Source: Octopus bimaculoides (Eukaryota). Taken from it: a stretch of DNA of 48,720 bases. This document shows positions 38,111-48,720 of this stretch, piece after piece. The stretch's first letter is position 1. The number at the start of each line of letters is the position of its first letter. The stretch lies in the NCBI RefSeq assembly GCF_001194135.2, contig NC_068983.1, forward strand, positions 43,110,304 to 43,159,023, written 5' to 3'. The position numbers and the translations under genes are program-made. The notes beneath the pieces were generated by a model. It was not told the origin of the DNA. It searched no databases and saw nothing but the letters and a program-made list of their open reading frames with translations.

Positions 38111-38315
38111 ACTGCTGGCTGAATCGTTAGTGCGCCGGGTGAAACGCTAAGCGGTATTTTGTCTGCTGCTACGTTCCGGGTTCAAATTCCATCGAGGTCG
38201 ACTTTGCTTTCATCCTATCGGGGGTCGATAAATTAAGTACCAGTTGAGTACTGAGGTTGATGTAATCGACTGTCCCCCTCTTCCAAATATCAGGCCTTGT
38301 GCCTATAGCAAAACG
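38111..38315 (+). mobile_element. SINE family A
   Basis: Aligns to family A. Confidence 0.85.
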
Positions 38316-38384
38316 AGTTATCTCACTCCTGAGACTATTCTTTATCTTTATAAGTTCACCATTCACCCTTGTATTGAGTACTGT

Positions 38385-38868
38385 TGTCACATATGAGCGG
38401 ACGCTCCTGCGGATTAACTCTGTTGGACCGCATTCAACGCCGTATTTGTAATGCTATTGGTCCTGATTTATCTTCTAAACTGGATTCACTCTCTCATCGT
38501 CGTCGTATGGCTTCCTTGTCTCGTTTCTATAAGTATTTTCATAGACATTGCTCAGCTGAGCTCTCTTCTTTGGTTCCTCCTTTAAGAACTTAGCGATCAA
38601 CTAAACTTGCATCCAGTTTTCATCAGTATACTGTGCAACCGCCTAAGTGTTGTAAAGCACTTTACAATACCAGTTTCTTCCCACGCACCTCTGAATTTTG
38701 GAATTCTCTTTCACAGTCTTGTTTTCCTCTTCAATATGACCGCCTGTCTTTTAAGTCTGATGTACATCGTCACCTATTGACTTCTGCCTAGCATCCATTC
38801 TATTCTAGTAGCTCTTACGTTTTCAGTGGTCTAAGGACCTTGTAACCAGCGAATGCTTAAAAAAAAAC
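38385..38868 (+). mobile_element. CR1/L2/Jockey-group LINE 3' end with a poly(A) tail
   Basis: LLDRIQRRICNAIG..LDSLSHRRRMASLSRFYKYF..SFFPRTSEFWNSL; A-run at about 38858-38868. Confidence 0.8.
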
Positions 38869-39989
38869 TATTCAGTGGCTATATGTATTGTCTGCTGTTA
38901 TTAGTTGAAATGAACCCTATTAGTAGCTTTGCTTGAATTTGTTACATAGTCTAATGCATCTATGCTGATAGGTACGAATGAAAATCTATAGCCAGAGTAC
39001 AAGAGCTGTACCCAGAACGCTGCATTCTGTACCCACTTGCCCAGAATACTGCGCTTCAGAAGTGAACTTTTTATCCGTATGCTTACAGCTCATTCAACAG
39101 GAAATAACTGCTAGATCTCCCTTAAATCATATTTTGCCATCTTTAAAAATAAGTGAAGTTTACTGCAGTCTTAGAAACACTATGAATAAAAAACACGGGA
39201 TGATCACGGCTAGAGTACTGAATCAGGGTTTCCTGTGGTTAAACAACAGCAATAACGACTCGAACCAACTTTGGAGCCTTTCTGTAATCATTCAACATGC
39301 AAAAAATAGCAGCCAAATTATACCATCCACTCCTTCAAATTATATCCCCACGTCTTAAAATGGAAAAAATGTATTTCATAATGTACTCCTAGGTACATTA
39401 TTCCAGAAAAAATAATGAATGACAGCTGTCACACCTTTGGTTAAGATTTCCTGATTACTGGAGGCGACTACGACGACAACGACTACATCGATATCTTTCA
39501 GTTGTTATTTTTTAATTAAGAAGTAAATTATATTTTTTTAATGGTTATGTACGTCTTCTCTTTGCTATCAAAATTACTAATTTAATCAAATAAAAAAAAA
39601 ATTGTATCTTAATGAAACGAAAATAATTTTGAATAATTAAAAATTTATTTCGTACAATGTAACTTTAAATAGTTAAAATGCAGCAGTGTAATATTACATT
39701 TAAATCAATTGTTAAATTCATAGTTTTTCTTATTTAAATATCAATTAGATGAGGAATTTACAGAGTCGTTGGAGCATGACTCAAAATATTCTGTTCCAGT
39801 TCACTTAGCATTTTATTCATTCATGCAGGTATATTATTAATTTTTGCAAGGAAAATGTTGGGAATGACTTACCCTTATGATCTGTGATAAATCGAACCAG
39901 CAGTTACCCTTCTTTTTCTTTTCTTTTTCTTTTCGTTTTTTTTCTTTTCGTTTTTTTTTCTTTTCGTTTTTTTTTCTTTTTTTTTTTCT

Positions 39990-40331
39990 TGTCTTTGTGA
40001 TCACCTGTCAGTCATTGGACTGCAACCATACTGGGTTTTAGTCGAACACATCGATACAAGTGTTTAATCTCTTTAGATTCTATCGATCTCTTTTCTGCCA
40101 CGCTAAATTACAGAGATGTAAACAAACCTATACCGATTATCCACAAACAGAAACACACACACTCGCACACGACGGACTTCCGTACTGTTCCCATCAACAA
40201 ATTTAGTCACAAGGTATTAGATGTCCAAGGCTATAGTAAAAGACACATGCCCAAGGTGCCAGACATTGGGACTGAACTCGAGACCACCCGGCTGAAAAGC
40301 GAGCTTCTTAACCACCCAGCCATACCTGCAC
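39990..40331 (-). mobile_element. SINE family B (diverged)
   Basis: Reverse match. Confidence 0.75.
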
Positions 40332-40484
40332 TTCCACCCGGCCAATACTAACCCATATGTTTATGAATGCAAGAGCATCAAACTCTGCTTTGCGAGCCCA
40401 ATTGAAACAAAAGTTAGATCTCACGAGTCGGATAGGAAGGGGACAGTTAATCCAAAAAACCCTATTCACCATATTCTTTTTTTT

Positions 40485-40612
40485 TTTATCTTTTACTTAT
40501 TTCAGTCATTAGAATGCGGCCATGCTGGGACACCACCTTCAAGAATTTGGTCGATCTAATCGACTGGCCCCCTCCCTAAAAATTTCGGGCCTTGTGCGTA
40601 GAGTAGAAAAGT
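40485..40612. mobile_element. Inverted fusion of a SINE B 3' end (-) and a SINE A 3' end (+)
   Basis: cagtcattagaatgcggccatgctgg..ttcaagaattt joined to ggtcgatctaatcgactggccccctccc..agtagaaaag. Confidence 0.7.
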
Positions 40613-41756
40613 ATATTCAAAGCCTCAGAATGTTTTGCCCACCCATCAACTTACCGATTCTGACATTCATCAATGTTTGTTATAACAGAATCAATGTGCG
40701 GTCCTACGCGTGCTCGCTCGACCTGCGAGAAATAGCTGCTAAATATCCTTCAAATTACACCCTATAATTTGAAATTAAAAAAAAAATTGTTTGTATTGGA
40801 ATTTTTCATTCACACCTAAGAAAAAGACGGGATGATCACGGTTGGAATACCTTTAATGATAGTTCTGCAGGTATGAATTGACCTACAAAGCATATCGAAT
40901 TTCTATTTTATCATTATTAGAGAAACGTAAATTTAAAGAGATCGAACGATATTATTGATTACATTTTAACCCAGCAGTTGTTGAATAAGATAATTTTATC
41001 GACCCAAGGCAAATTTGGAAATGGCGAGATTTGAACTCGGGGTGTAAACAGCCGTAACTAAATACGCAAAACTTTTCGTCGACACCTTAGACTATGCCAT
41101 TCCACACCACCAACTTTTTGTAGTATTTTTTAGCATTAACACAAGATCATAAATTTGGAGGAAACAGTAATAGTGATGACGCCATTACGACACCGGTGCG
41201 TTATTTTCTCGACATAAGTTGGGGGAAAGGGGAAAAACATCCAGATCAACAGGAATAGAACACGGAACATTGAGATTCGTAACTAAATTTTGGAACGCAT
41301 TTTTTTACGATGCTCTAACGATCCTAACAATCCTACGATGTTTGGATAGAGAACGATAAGAAAAATATAAACGAAGATGATAACGATAAGCAGATCGAAA
41401 TATAAGGGGGAGTAAGCACAGACAGACAGATAGATAGATAGATAGATAGATAGAGAGGGAGAGAGAGGGAGAGAGAGAAGGGGGATATTAAAGGTGATGC
41501 TGAAAGTAAAAGCTGGGAGGAGCTAGATCGATAAGAAAGCTGATGATTGGTGTATTTTTCTGCCAAGTGATTGAAACGTCAGCTTGTTGCTAACCATTTG
41601 GCGTGGCGAAAAAAATCTTCTTCGGAAATGCGTGGGTACAACATTTCGGCAGTCACGTGCTTCAAGACTGTCTACCGTGCGGTTATATAATCTTTTTGGT
41701 GGGATAAAGAAAAAGCACATTTGATATCAGTGAGATAAATAATATACGTACATTTA

Positions 41757-41824
<68 letters not shown>

Positions 41825-42534
41825 ACACACACATGTACAAACATAGGCAGACTCACACACATCGATACGCATAACAGACGCACATGTGTGTGTATGGCTT
41901 TTGCTGGTAATTATATATATATGTATGTGTGTTGACGCAAGAGTATAAGTGTGTGTGGGTGTGTGTCAGTGAAAGTGTATATGTAGGTGTATATGCGTGT
42001 GAAGGTGTAAGAACGTGTGTGTGTATAGGCATATGTGTATGTAATGTATGCGTACGTGCATATGTATGTGTATGTGTGTTACATATTTTTATTTAGTAAG
42101 TCAAAAAGCGCAAGTCGATCTTCAACACCATTGCAATCCCACCAATGCTGACCTGATTAAACTTTGTGTCAGAACTTATATAGATTAATGTCCACAGGGA
42201 AAATTTAAACAGAGGTTGGCCGTTCTGGGTATTTCTGTATAGTTTAGGAATTGCCAAGTGGTACGGGTCACGGATGGGGTAGTTTGTGCGGCTTTTATTC
42301 CACATCGTAACTCTGGCAAGACTAAAATCCGAAAAACAAAATATTCTTTTGCATATAGACAAATACAGGTATAACAAATACCATACAACATAAATTGTTC
42401 ATTTTAATAAAATTATTTCTGCTTCTAGATAATCAAAAAGACCAGCTCCGTCAGAGAAGGGGAGACAATCTCAGGACTCGAGAATTCTCCAAACCGTTAA
42501 GGAAAAGGACAAACATTTTGTTTGAAGACAGGAG

Positions 42535-42585
42535 GACAATGTGGACATGTGTTTCGGGCTCAGTAGCCATCATCAGCATGACAAT
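42535..42585 (-). ncRNA. Degenerate hammerhead-core motif, copy 1 of a diverged pair
   Basis: Minus strand: CUGAUGA-uggcuacugagccc-GAAAC-acau-GUC; stem II ggcu/agcc; stem I poorly paired. Confidence 0.45.
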
Positions 42586-42657
42586 TTACCAACCTTATTT
42601 TCATTAATCAAAGGACTTAGACATCTATAAGGAATAGAAGACATTTATGGTCTAGGT

Positions 42658-43158
42658 CAGCGCTTAAACTTTTTTTCATTCATGACCTCATTTTTCCTCA
42701 CGAGATTTTTCACGACTCTACAGACACGTGTACCCTTTACGCAGGTACAACAGAAACAGGAAGAAAGACTGAGAGAAATTTGTGGTGAAAGAGCACTGCA
42801 AGGTTCTCCACCACCCCCTATCGGAGCCTTGTGGAACTTTAGATGTTTTCGCTCAATAAACACTCACGAGACTCGAAACAGCGATCCTACGACCGTAAGT
42901 CCGCTGCCCTAACTACTGGGCCATTGCGCCTCCACACGACCCCAGGTGTTAAATATGAAATGAAACATACAAAAATGTAAATCATTTACTTTTTTGCTGA
43001 ACAATATACATATGAAAAGTAGCTATATCATTTGTCAAAATAAAAGAAGTTTTAGGATGTGTGCGTTTGTGAAATAACACATAAACTGAAATTCAGGTAT
43101 TTGAATTTAAATTTCGCGACCCCAGCATTTCGCTTCGTGACCCATAGTTTAAGCGCTG
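42658..43158. mobile_element. hAT-type MITE carrying a nested SINE
   Basis: Perfect 13-bp TIR cagcgcttaaact (42658-42670 / 43146-43158); flanks gtctaggt / atcttgga. Confidence 0.7.
42717..42936 (-). mobile_element. SINE related to family D, inserted in the MITE
   Basis: Minus-strand head tgtggaggcgcaatggcccagtagttagggcagcggac; cacgac at 42711-42716 and 42935-42940. Confidence 0.75.
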
Positions 43159-43252
43159 ATCTTGGAAATCTGTATAAATTAAATAAAAATGAGCTAACAG
43201 AGATAACTCAGAGGGACTAGTTGCACTTATTTGAACAACATTGAAAAATAAT

Positions 43253-43572
43253 TGGCTCTCCGTCGGTTGCAACGATGATCGTTCCAGTTGATCCAATCAG
43301 TCAAACGGCCTACTCGTGAAATTAACGTTCAAGTGGTTGAGCACTCCACAGATACGTATGTTCTTAACGTAGTTCTCAGGGAGGTTCAGTGTGACACAGA
43401 GTGTAACAAGACTGGTCCTTTGACATTGCAGATACTACTCGTTTTTGCCAGCTGAGTGAACTGGCGCAACATGAAATAAAGTGTCTTGCTGAAGAATACA
43501 ACGTGCCGCCAGAAATCGAACTCACGATCTTATGACCGTGAGCCGAATACCTCAATCACGAAGCCACGCGCA
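43253..43572 (-). mobile_element. SINE family C
   Basis: Reverse match, full length. Confidence 0.85.
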
Positions 43573-43670
43573 TCCACTACATAGGTAAATACAGGTATAT
43601 CAAATATTACACAACATAAACTCTCGGTTTAGTTAAATTATCTCTGCCTCTAGAAGATGTATCATAATTA

Positions 43671-43883
43671 GTTTCTAATTTGGCACAAGGCCAGCAATCT
43701 TAGGGGAGGGTGGCTAGTCGATCACATCGACCTCAGTGTTCAACTGGTACTTATTTTATTGACCCCGAAAGGATGAAAGCCAAAGTCAATCTCTGCGGAA
43801 TTTGAACTCAGAACGTAAAGTCAGACGAAATGCTACTAAGCATTTTTCCCAGCGTGCTAACGATTCTGCCAGCTCTTTGCCTT
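43671..43883 (-). mobile_element. SINE family A
   Basis: Reverse match. Confidence 0.9.
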
Positions 43884-44019
43884 GGGATGTGTTATGATTA
43901 CCAAATGGGAACTGACACCAACTTCATGGGAGAAGGAGAGATAATCTCATGAATCGAGAATTCTCCAAAACTGACATACCATTAGAAAAAGGGCATGTTT
44001 ATTGTTTGGAGATAAGGGG

Positions 44020-44070
44020 ATGGTCATGGGTACATGTTTCTGCCTCAATAACTGTCATCAGCAGAACAAT
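44020..44070 (-). ncRNA. Degenerate hammerhead-core motif, copy 2 of the pair
   Basis: Minus strand: CUGAUGA-caguuauugaggca-GAAAC-AU-GUA; palindromic ACAUGU stem III. Confidence 0.4.
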
Positions 44071-44775
44071 TGTCCGACCTTATCTCCAGTTGCCAAGAGA
44101 CTTCGATCTTTATATATATGGACGAAATTATTTGCGTAATTTAAATAAACTGAGCTAAGAAAAATAACTCAGAGAGGACAATGGTATGTGTTGCACAACT
44201 TCGACAAATACGACTACATCAATTAACAGTGTAGAGTAAGATCCATTATGGTAGAATCTGAGAAATATAAAGCTCCAATCGTAATCCGGGTGAGGTAGTG
44301 GTAAAATGGTTCGGAATAGGTAACAAAAATCCGAGAAGAAGGTAGAGAAGAAGATGAAGATTCAAGAGAAGAATTCGTTATGCTTTCCTCACACCATTTG
44401 TATTCTCTCCTCATTCCTTCCTGTAGAAGAGCGTAGGTACGAAACGTTAAAGACTTCCATTTTGCCTGAGCGTCAAACTAACACACCTTGCTTGTTGTTC
44501 TATCACTTGTCTCTGACATTTTACTTTCTAATCTTTTTCTGTACAATTTTGAATCACATCAAATACCCTTCCTCTTCTTAAATTGGACACTGGCTTTCCT
44601 ATGTCAAACATCTTACCTTTTTAACATCCTTGTTGATGTCGCTTACCTGCTCTCTTATGTCTCTCACTAGTGACCTTTCACCCTCAAGAAGTTCGGTGAA
44701 AGCAATTTCGTTGTCCTTGTTGTGTCTGATACAAGAACCTCTTCTTCTAAATTACCCTCTTCCTATGGATTCCAT

Positions 44776-45040
44776 TGTTGTTATTATTGTTTGTTCCTTC
44801 TCGACCCATACCTGGCTCATAAGGGTCGGTTTCCCAGTTTCATTGGCGTATAGGTTCCTCACCTGGACGGGACTCCGGTCCGTCGCAGGAGGAAAGAATG
44901 AGAGAAAGTTGTGACGAAAGAGTCAGCAGAAGTTCGCCATTACCTTCTGTCGGAGCCGCGTAGAGCTTAGGTGTTTCGCTCATAAACACACACACATCAC
45001 CTGGTCTGAGATTCGAACTCGCGATCCCTCGACCACGAGT
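44776..45040 (-). mobile_element. SINE family D lacking its extreme 5' end
   Basis: Reverse match to 10138-10452. Confidence 0.9.
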
Positions 45041-45544
45041 AGATACTTTAAATTGGTTTAATAGTATTAATGATAAAAATAGGTTTAAATTTATTCAAAT
45101 TGATATTGAAAATTATTATTCTTCCATAAATGAAATTGTACTAAATAAGGCCCTAATTTTTGCTATGAAGAAAGTAGGTATGACTTACGATGAAGTAAAT
45201 GTTGTTAAAATGGCTTTATCGATTCTGTTGTGTTTCAATGTTCATGCATGCATGCATATGCACAGTCATGCTTACATATATGCAAATAAACATACATGCA
45301 TCTATATATAAAGTTAAATGTTCTTATGAAGTATATTTTTAAGTATACTTCACAATATACGGACTGTATTAAGAAGTGCTCATTGCAAGCTAAATCGAAG
45401 GATAAAGGAAATTTTAGAAGAACAAATCTAGGCAAATAGAAATTCACAGCATTATTTTAAACACACAACCAAATGAATATACATATAAACTTATAAATGA
45501 GTGAACAAAATTACATGTAAAAGACATATATACATCTATATATA

Positions 45545-45800
45545 TGCACACATACATACATACATGCATACATACATACATGCATACATACATTCACGCA
45601 TACATACATACATACATACATGCATGCATGCATGCATACATACATACATGCATACATACATACATGTTACTGTGTTTCGGTGTGTCTTTGTGTCTTGCTG
45701 TTGCTGTTTTCTTTGCAGATGTTGTTGCTGCTTTTGTTGCTGCTGCCATTGTTTTTGCTGCTGTTGTGGTTATTGTTGTACCTGTTGCTGCTGTTGCTCT
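45545..45800. repeat. (CATA)n and (TTG/CTG)n microsatellites
   Basis: Direct reading. Confidence 0.9.
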
Positions 45801-46267
45801 TGCTTCTCTCATTTCGCTTTCGTTTATATTATTTTTGTTTTTTTTTTCTTCCTGTTTTTGTTGTTGTAGAGCCTCAGGTCAACTCCAATTGAGCATACCC
45901 ATCATCAAAATTCATTCCACTCGTGACCAACCCGTCTTTTCATAGTTGTCCAGGATTAGAATTACCCGCCTTTTGAAAACGAGCAGGTTCTAATTTTGAC
46001 GAAGATTTGACTGCTATTTCTAGCAGGCCTAGTTTAGGAGTAGTACTTACTCCATTGTAAGTCTCAGGTGAGTGTGCAAAGAGTTAGTAATTGTGAATGA
46101 GTTAGAGAGTGTACTGAAATAGAGATACATCTGGCTACAGGAAACAATAGAAATTCAATGAAGAAAATTAAAACATCTCAAAATATACATAATTATGTTT
46201 TGTCGTGTTATTATTTATTGATAAAATAAAGCGGCGGTAAAACAGCCAATTATATACAGAGTTTGTA

Positions 46268-46278
46268 CGTGTGTGTGT

Positions 46279-46323
<45 letters not shown>

Positions 46324-46501
46324 CATATGAATATATATATGTGTGTGTATATATGTATATGTATGTATATAAACAGACGTTTATGTTTGTACGCATGTAT
46401 ATATTTATATATACGTATATGTGTATGTATGCATACGTGTATGTATGTACGAATGTATGTGTGTATGTATGTATGTATGTATGTATGTATGTATGTATGT
46501 A

Positions 46502-46537
<36 letters not shown>

Positions 46538-46545
46538 TGTATGTG
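46268..46545. repeat. (TG)n and (TATG)n microsatellites
   Basis: Direct reading. Confidence 0.9.
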
Positions 46546-46612
46546 TATATAAAGCCGAAACAATGCAAGTTGTAAAAAAATAATGCAAATCGATGTTTAA
46601 TACGTTTACTTC

Positions 46613-46760
46613 TATTTCAATATTTCGGGGTTAGGACCTCTTCTTCAGGAAATCTTCGGAGAAATCGTGTTGTGAACTCCAGTACAGAGAAGTCAGTTCA
46701 CAACAGCAATTTTCCGAAGATTTCTCGAGGAAAGCGTCTTAACCCCGAAATATTGAAATA
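46613..46760. repeat. 148-bp imperfect palindrome (66-bp arms, 16-nt spacer); each arm carries a minimal hammerhead-like motif
   Basis: Arms 46613-46678 and 46695-46760; the first 21 bp are identical in reverse complement. Confidence 0.85.
46614..46653 (-). ncRNA. Minimal type I hammerhead (PLE-style, candidate)
   Basis: Minus strand: auuuc-CUGAAGA-a-gagg-uccuaa-cccc-GAAA-UAUU-gaaau; 5-bp stem I, loopless palindromic stem III, triplet AUU. Confidence 0.55.
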
Positions 46761-47603
46761 CAGGCTAAACCATTGACCTATATTATTTCATATAACTGGT
46801 ATGTTGTTGGAGACGGAGGTGGGGCTTAAAAAATAATTGTATATACATATGTATATGTAAGCGTATGCATTTATGCATATGTTTATATATATATATACAT
46901 ATATTTATTAAAAGATTTTACAACAAATTCTTGTTAGAGTCATATTTGAAGAAAAATTTTCTTAAAATATCAATTACTTATATAAAAATGTTTTAAAAAG
47001 CAAAATGACAAGAAAATTTTGGAAAGAAGTTTCTGTATTGTGTTTGCACTGTTTAGTTTTTTTAACAAATGTTTTATGAGGTAACCTGTATATATGTATA
47101 AAACTGTAGGGCGGGACTCTAAATTAGGAGTTTCATGTATCTGATAATTCAACTGGTAGTCCGAATCGCTTTGGTTTTGACATATCAGTTATTCGAATAT
47201 ATCACACATACTAAAACGCAATGTGTTTCACACTCCGATCGCGCTAGGAGAGGGAAGCTAAAACGACAAACGAAGTGAGATGAAAGTCAGAAAATTTTAA
47301 TGAGCTGGAGTGAGATATTTTGCCATGAAATCGTTTATATTTTAGCAAGTATTTGTCATCAATTTCATTTAATTTATTAATCTATGTATGTATTATGTGA
47401 AGTTAAATGTTAATGTTGTTTTTTTTTTCTTTTTAAAATTTTATTGCCCGCTTTTTCCATGCTTACCCTTCCTCACACTAACTCTTAATTGTTTATCCAA
47501 GTAAAGTAGTAAAGTTTAACTTTCTTCACACATCTTCGAAACGAGAAGCTGTCGATAGACAACACCGATCTTAGTGATGCTTCCAAGCTCGCCGACGTCT
47601 TAA

Positions 47604-47653
<50 letters not shown>

Positions 47654-47655
<2 letters not shown>

Positions 47656-48229
47656 TATTATTTATATAGATAGCGTGATAAATTAAATATTAATTCAATT
47701 TATACCAAGTGACCTAGCATATAAAAAATCTGATAATTCAGAAAAAAATTGTATTACACGTGTATAAGGGATGACCACTAGGTGGACATCCAATATGCAA
47801 GAAAGAGGTCATCAACCACCCAACCACAAAGAAAAATAATATTCTCCAGAAAAATTTCGCAAAACACCAGAACAGGACAAAATTAGAAATATACAGAATA
47901 AAGAATTATCTATGTACTGCAGTTTCGAACATTAACGTTTTACTTACGTACCAACATCCGTGTTCTCATCAGCTTAGACGTTCTAGAATCAATATAATTT
48001 GCAGAACTATACACGAATTGTCTTCATGAGATAAGACTTGCATATAGTTCTACCGATTACATAGGGGCTATTTTTCAAAATGCCTCAGCTCCGGCGCGCA
48101 AAATTCCGGAAACAATTTTGCAGAGAATAATTCACTGCAGTATATGCTGCCGGCTGGAGAACATGACTATTTAAATTATTATTTATATAGATAGAGTGAT
48201 AAATTGAATATTAATTCAATTTAAAACCA
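47654..48229. repeat. 521-bp unit bounded by about 54-bp direct repeats and containing a hammerhead
   Basis: attattatttatatagatag(c/a)gtgataaatt(a/g)aatattaattcaattta starts at 47654 and 48175. Confidence 0.8.
47908..47979 (-). ncRNA. Type I hammerhead ribozyme with a canonical core (candidate)
   Basis: Minus strand: gucuaag-CUGAUGA-GAACA..29 nt..UGUUC-GAAA-CUGCA-GUA-cauagau; stem II 5 bp with G-C closing pair, palindromic stem III ACUGCAGU, stem I 6 of 7 pairs. Confidence 0.82.
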
Positions 48230-48335
48230 ATTAATATTCAATTTATCACAGTAATTCAATTTAAAACCAATTAATGTTCAATTTATCACATTAATTCAAT
48301 TTAAAACCAATTTGAAACTAGTAGCATAGGAATAG

Positions 48336-48695
48336 ATGGCTGAAAATGTTCATGACATTTGGCCTCCAAATTCCCCAGTTTTCAATCCATTGGACTATTA
48401 TAAGTGGGGTGTTGTTAAGAGAAAGGTTAACGAAAACGCCCATAACACCAAAGATTCTTTGAAAGCTGCCATAGTTAAATTAATGTCCAAAATGAAGCAG
48501 GACCACTTGATACAAGAATGTAGATGATTTAGATCTCATATAGAAGCAGTTGTTGAAGCTGAAGGTGGCTTTATTGAATAACATTATAGAATAGAAGGTT
48601 TATTTTTATCTTCATATTTTTGATAAATAAAGTTATTATCTATTATATATTTGTTTTTTTTATAAAGTCTGTCCTCAAATATCTTACGCACCCTG
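48336..48695 (+). mobile_element. Tc1/mariner-superfamily transposase C-terminus and right TIR (maT/DD37D-like)
   Basis: WPPNSPVFNPLDYYKWG (WP..SPDLNP motif)..R*FRSHIEAVVEAEGGFIE*; TIR ends caccctg followed by (TA)n. Confidence 0.88.
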
Positions 48696-48720
48696 TATAT
48701 ATATATATATATATATATAT

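Overview
AT-rich eukaryotic scaffold with seven N-gaps, very many microsatellites and dense transposable-element debris. The short-repeat families and microsatellite style resemble cephalopod (Octopus-like) DNA; this is inferred from memory, not a search. I found no host protein-coding gene I can support, and most ORFs in the track are translated microsatellites. Supportable content: four tRNA-derived SINE families (here called A-D, about 30 copies); many decayed LINE fragments (R4/Dong-type RLE, L1/Tx1, RTE, CR1/L2-group); a Penelope-like ORF remnant; Tc1/mariner and pogo-like remnants; hAT-type and TA-target MITEs. The most striking signal not shown by the ORF track is a set of type I hammerhead ribozyme motifs from several unrelated sequence families. 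Two are near-intact (36701-36763 +, 47908-47979 -), one minimal motif sits in an inverted pair (46613-46760), and two diverged tandem dimers and two remnants carry degenerate cores. Several lie in direct-repeat units, as Penelope pseudo-LTRs and retrozymes do. All structures were folded by eye.
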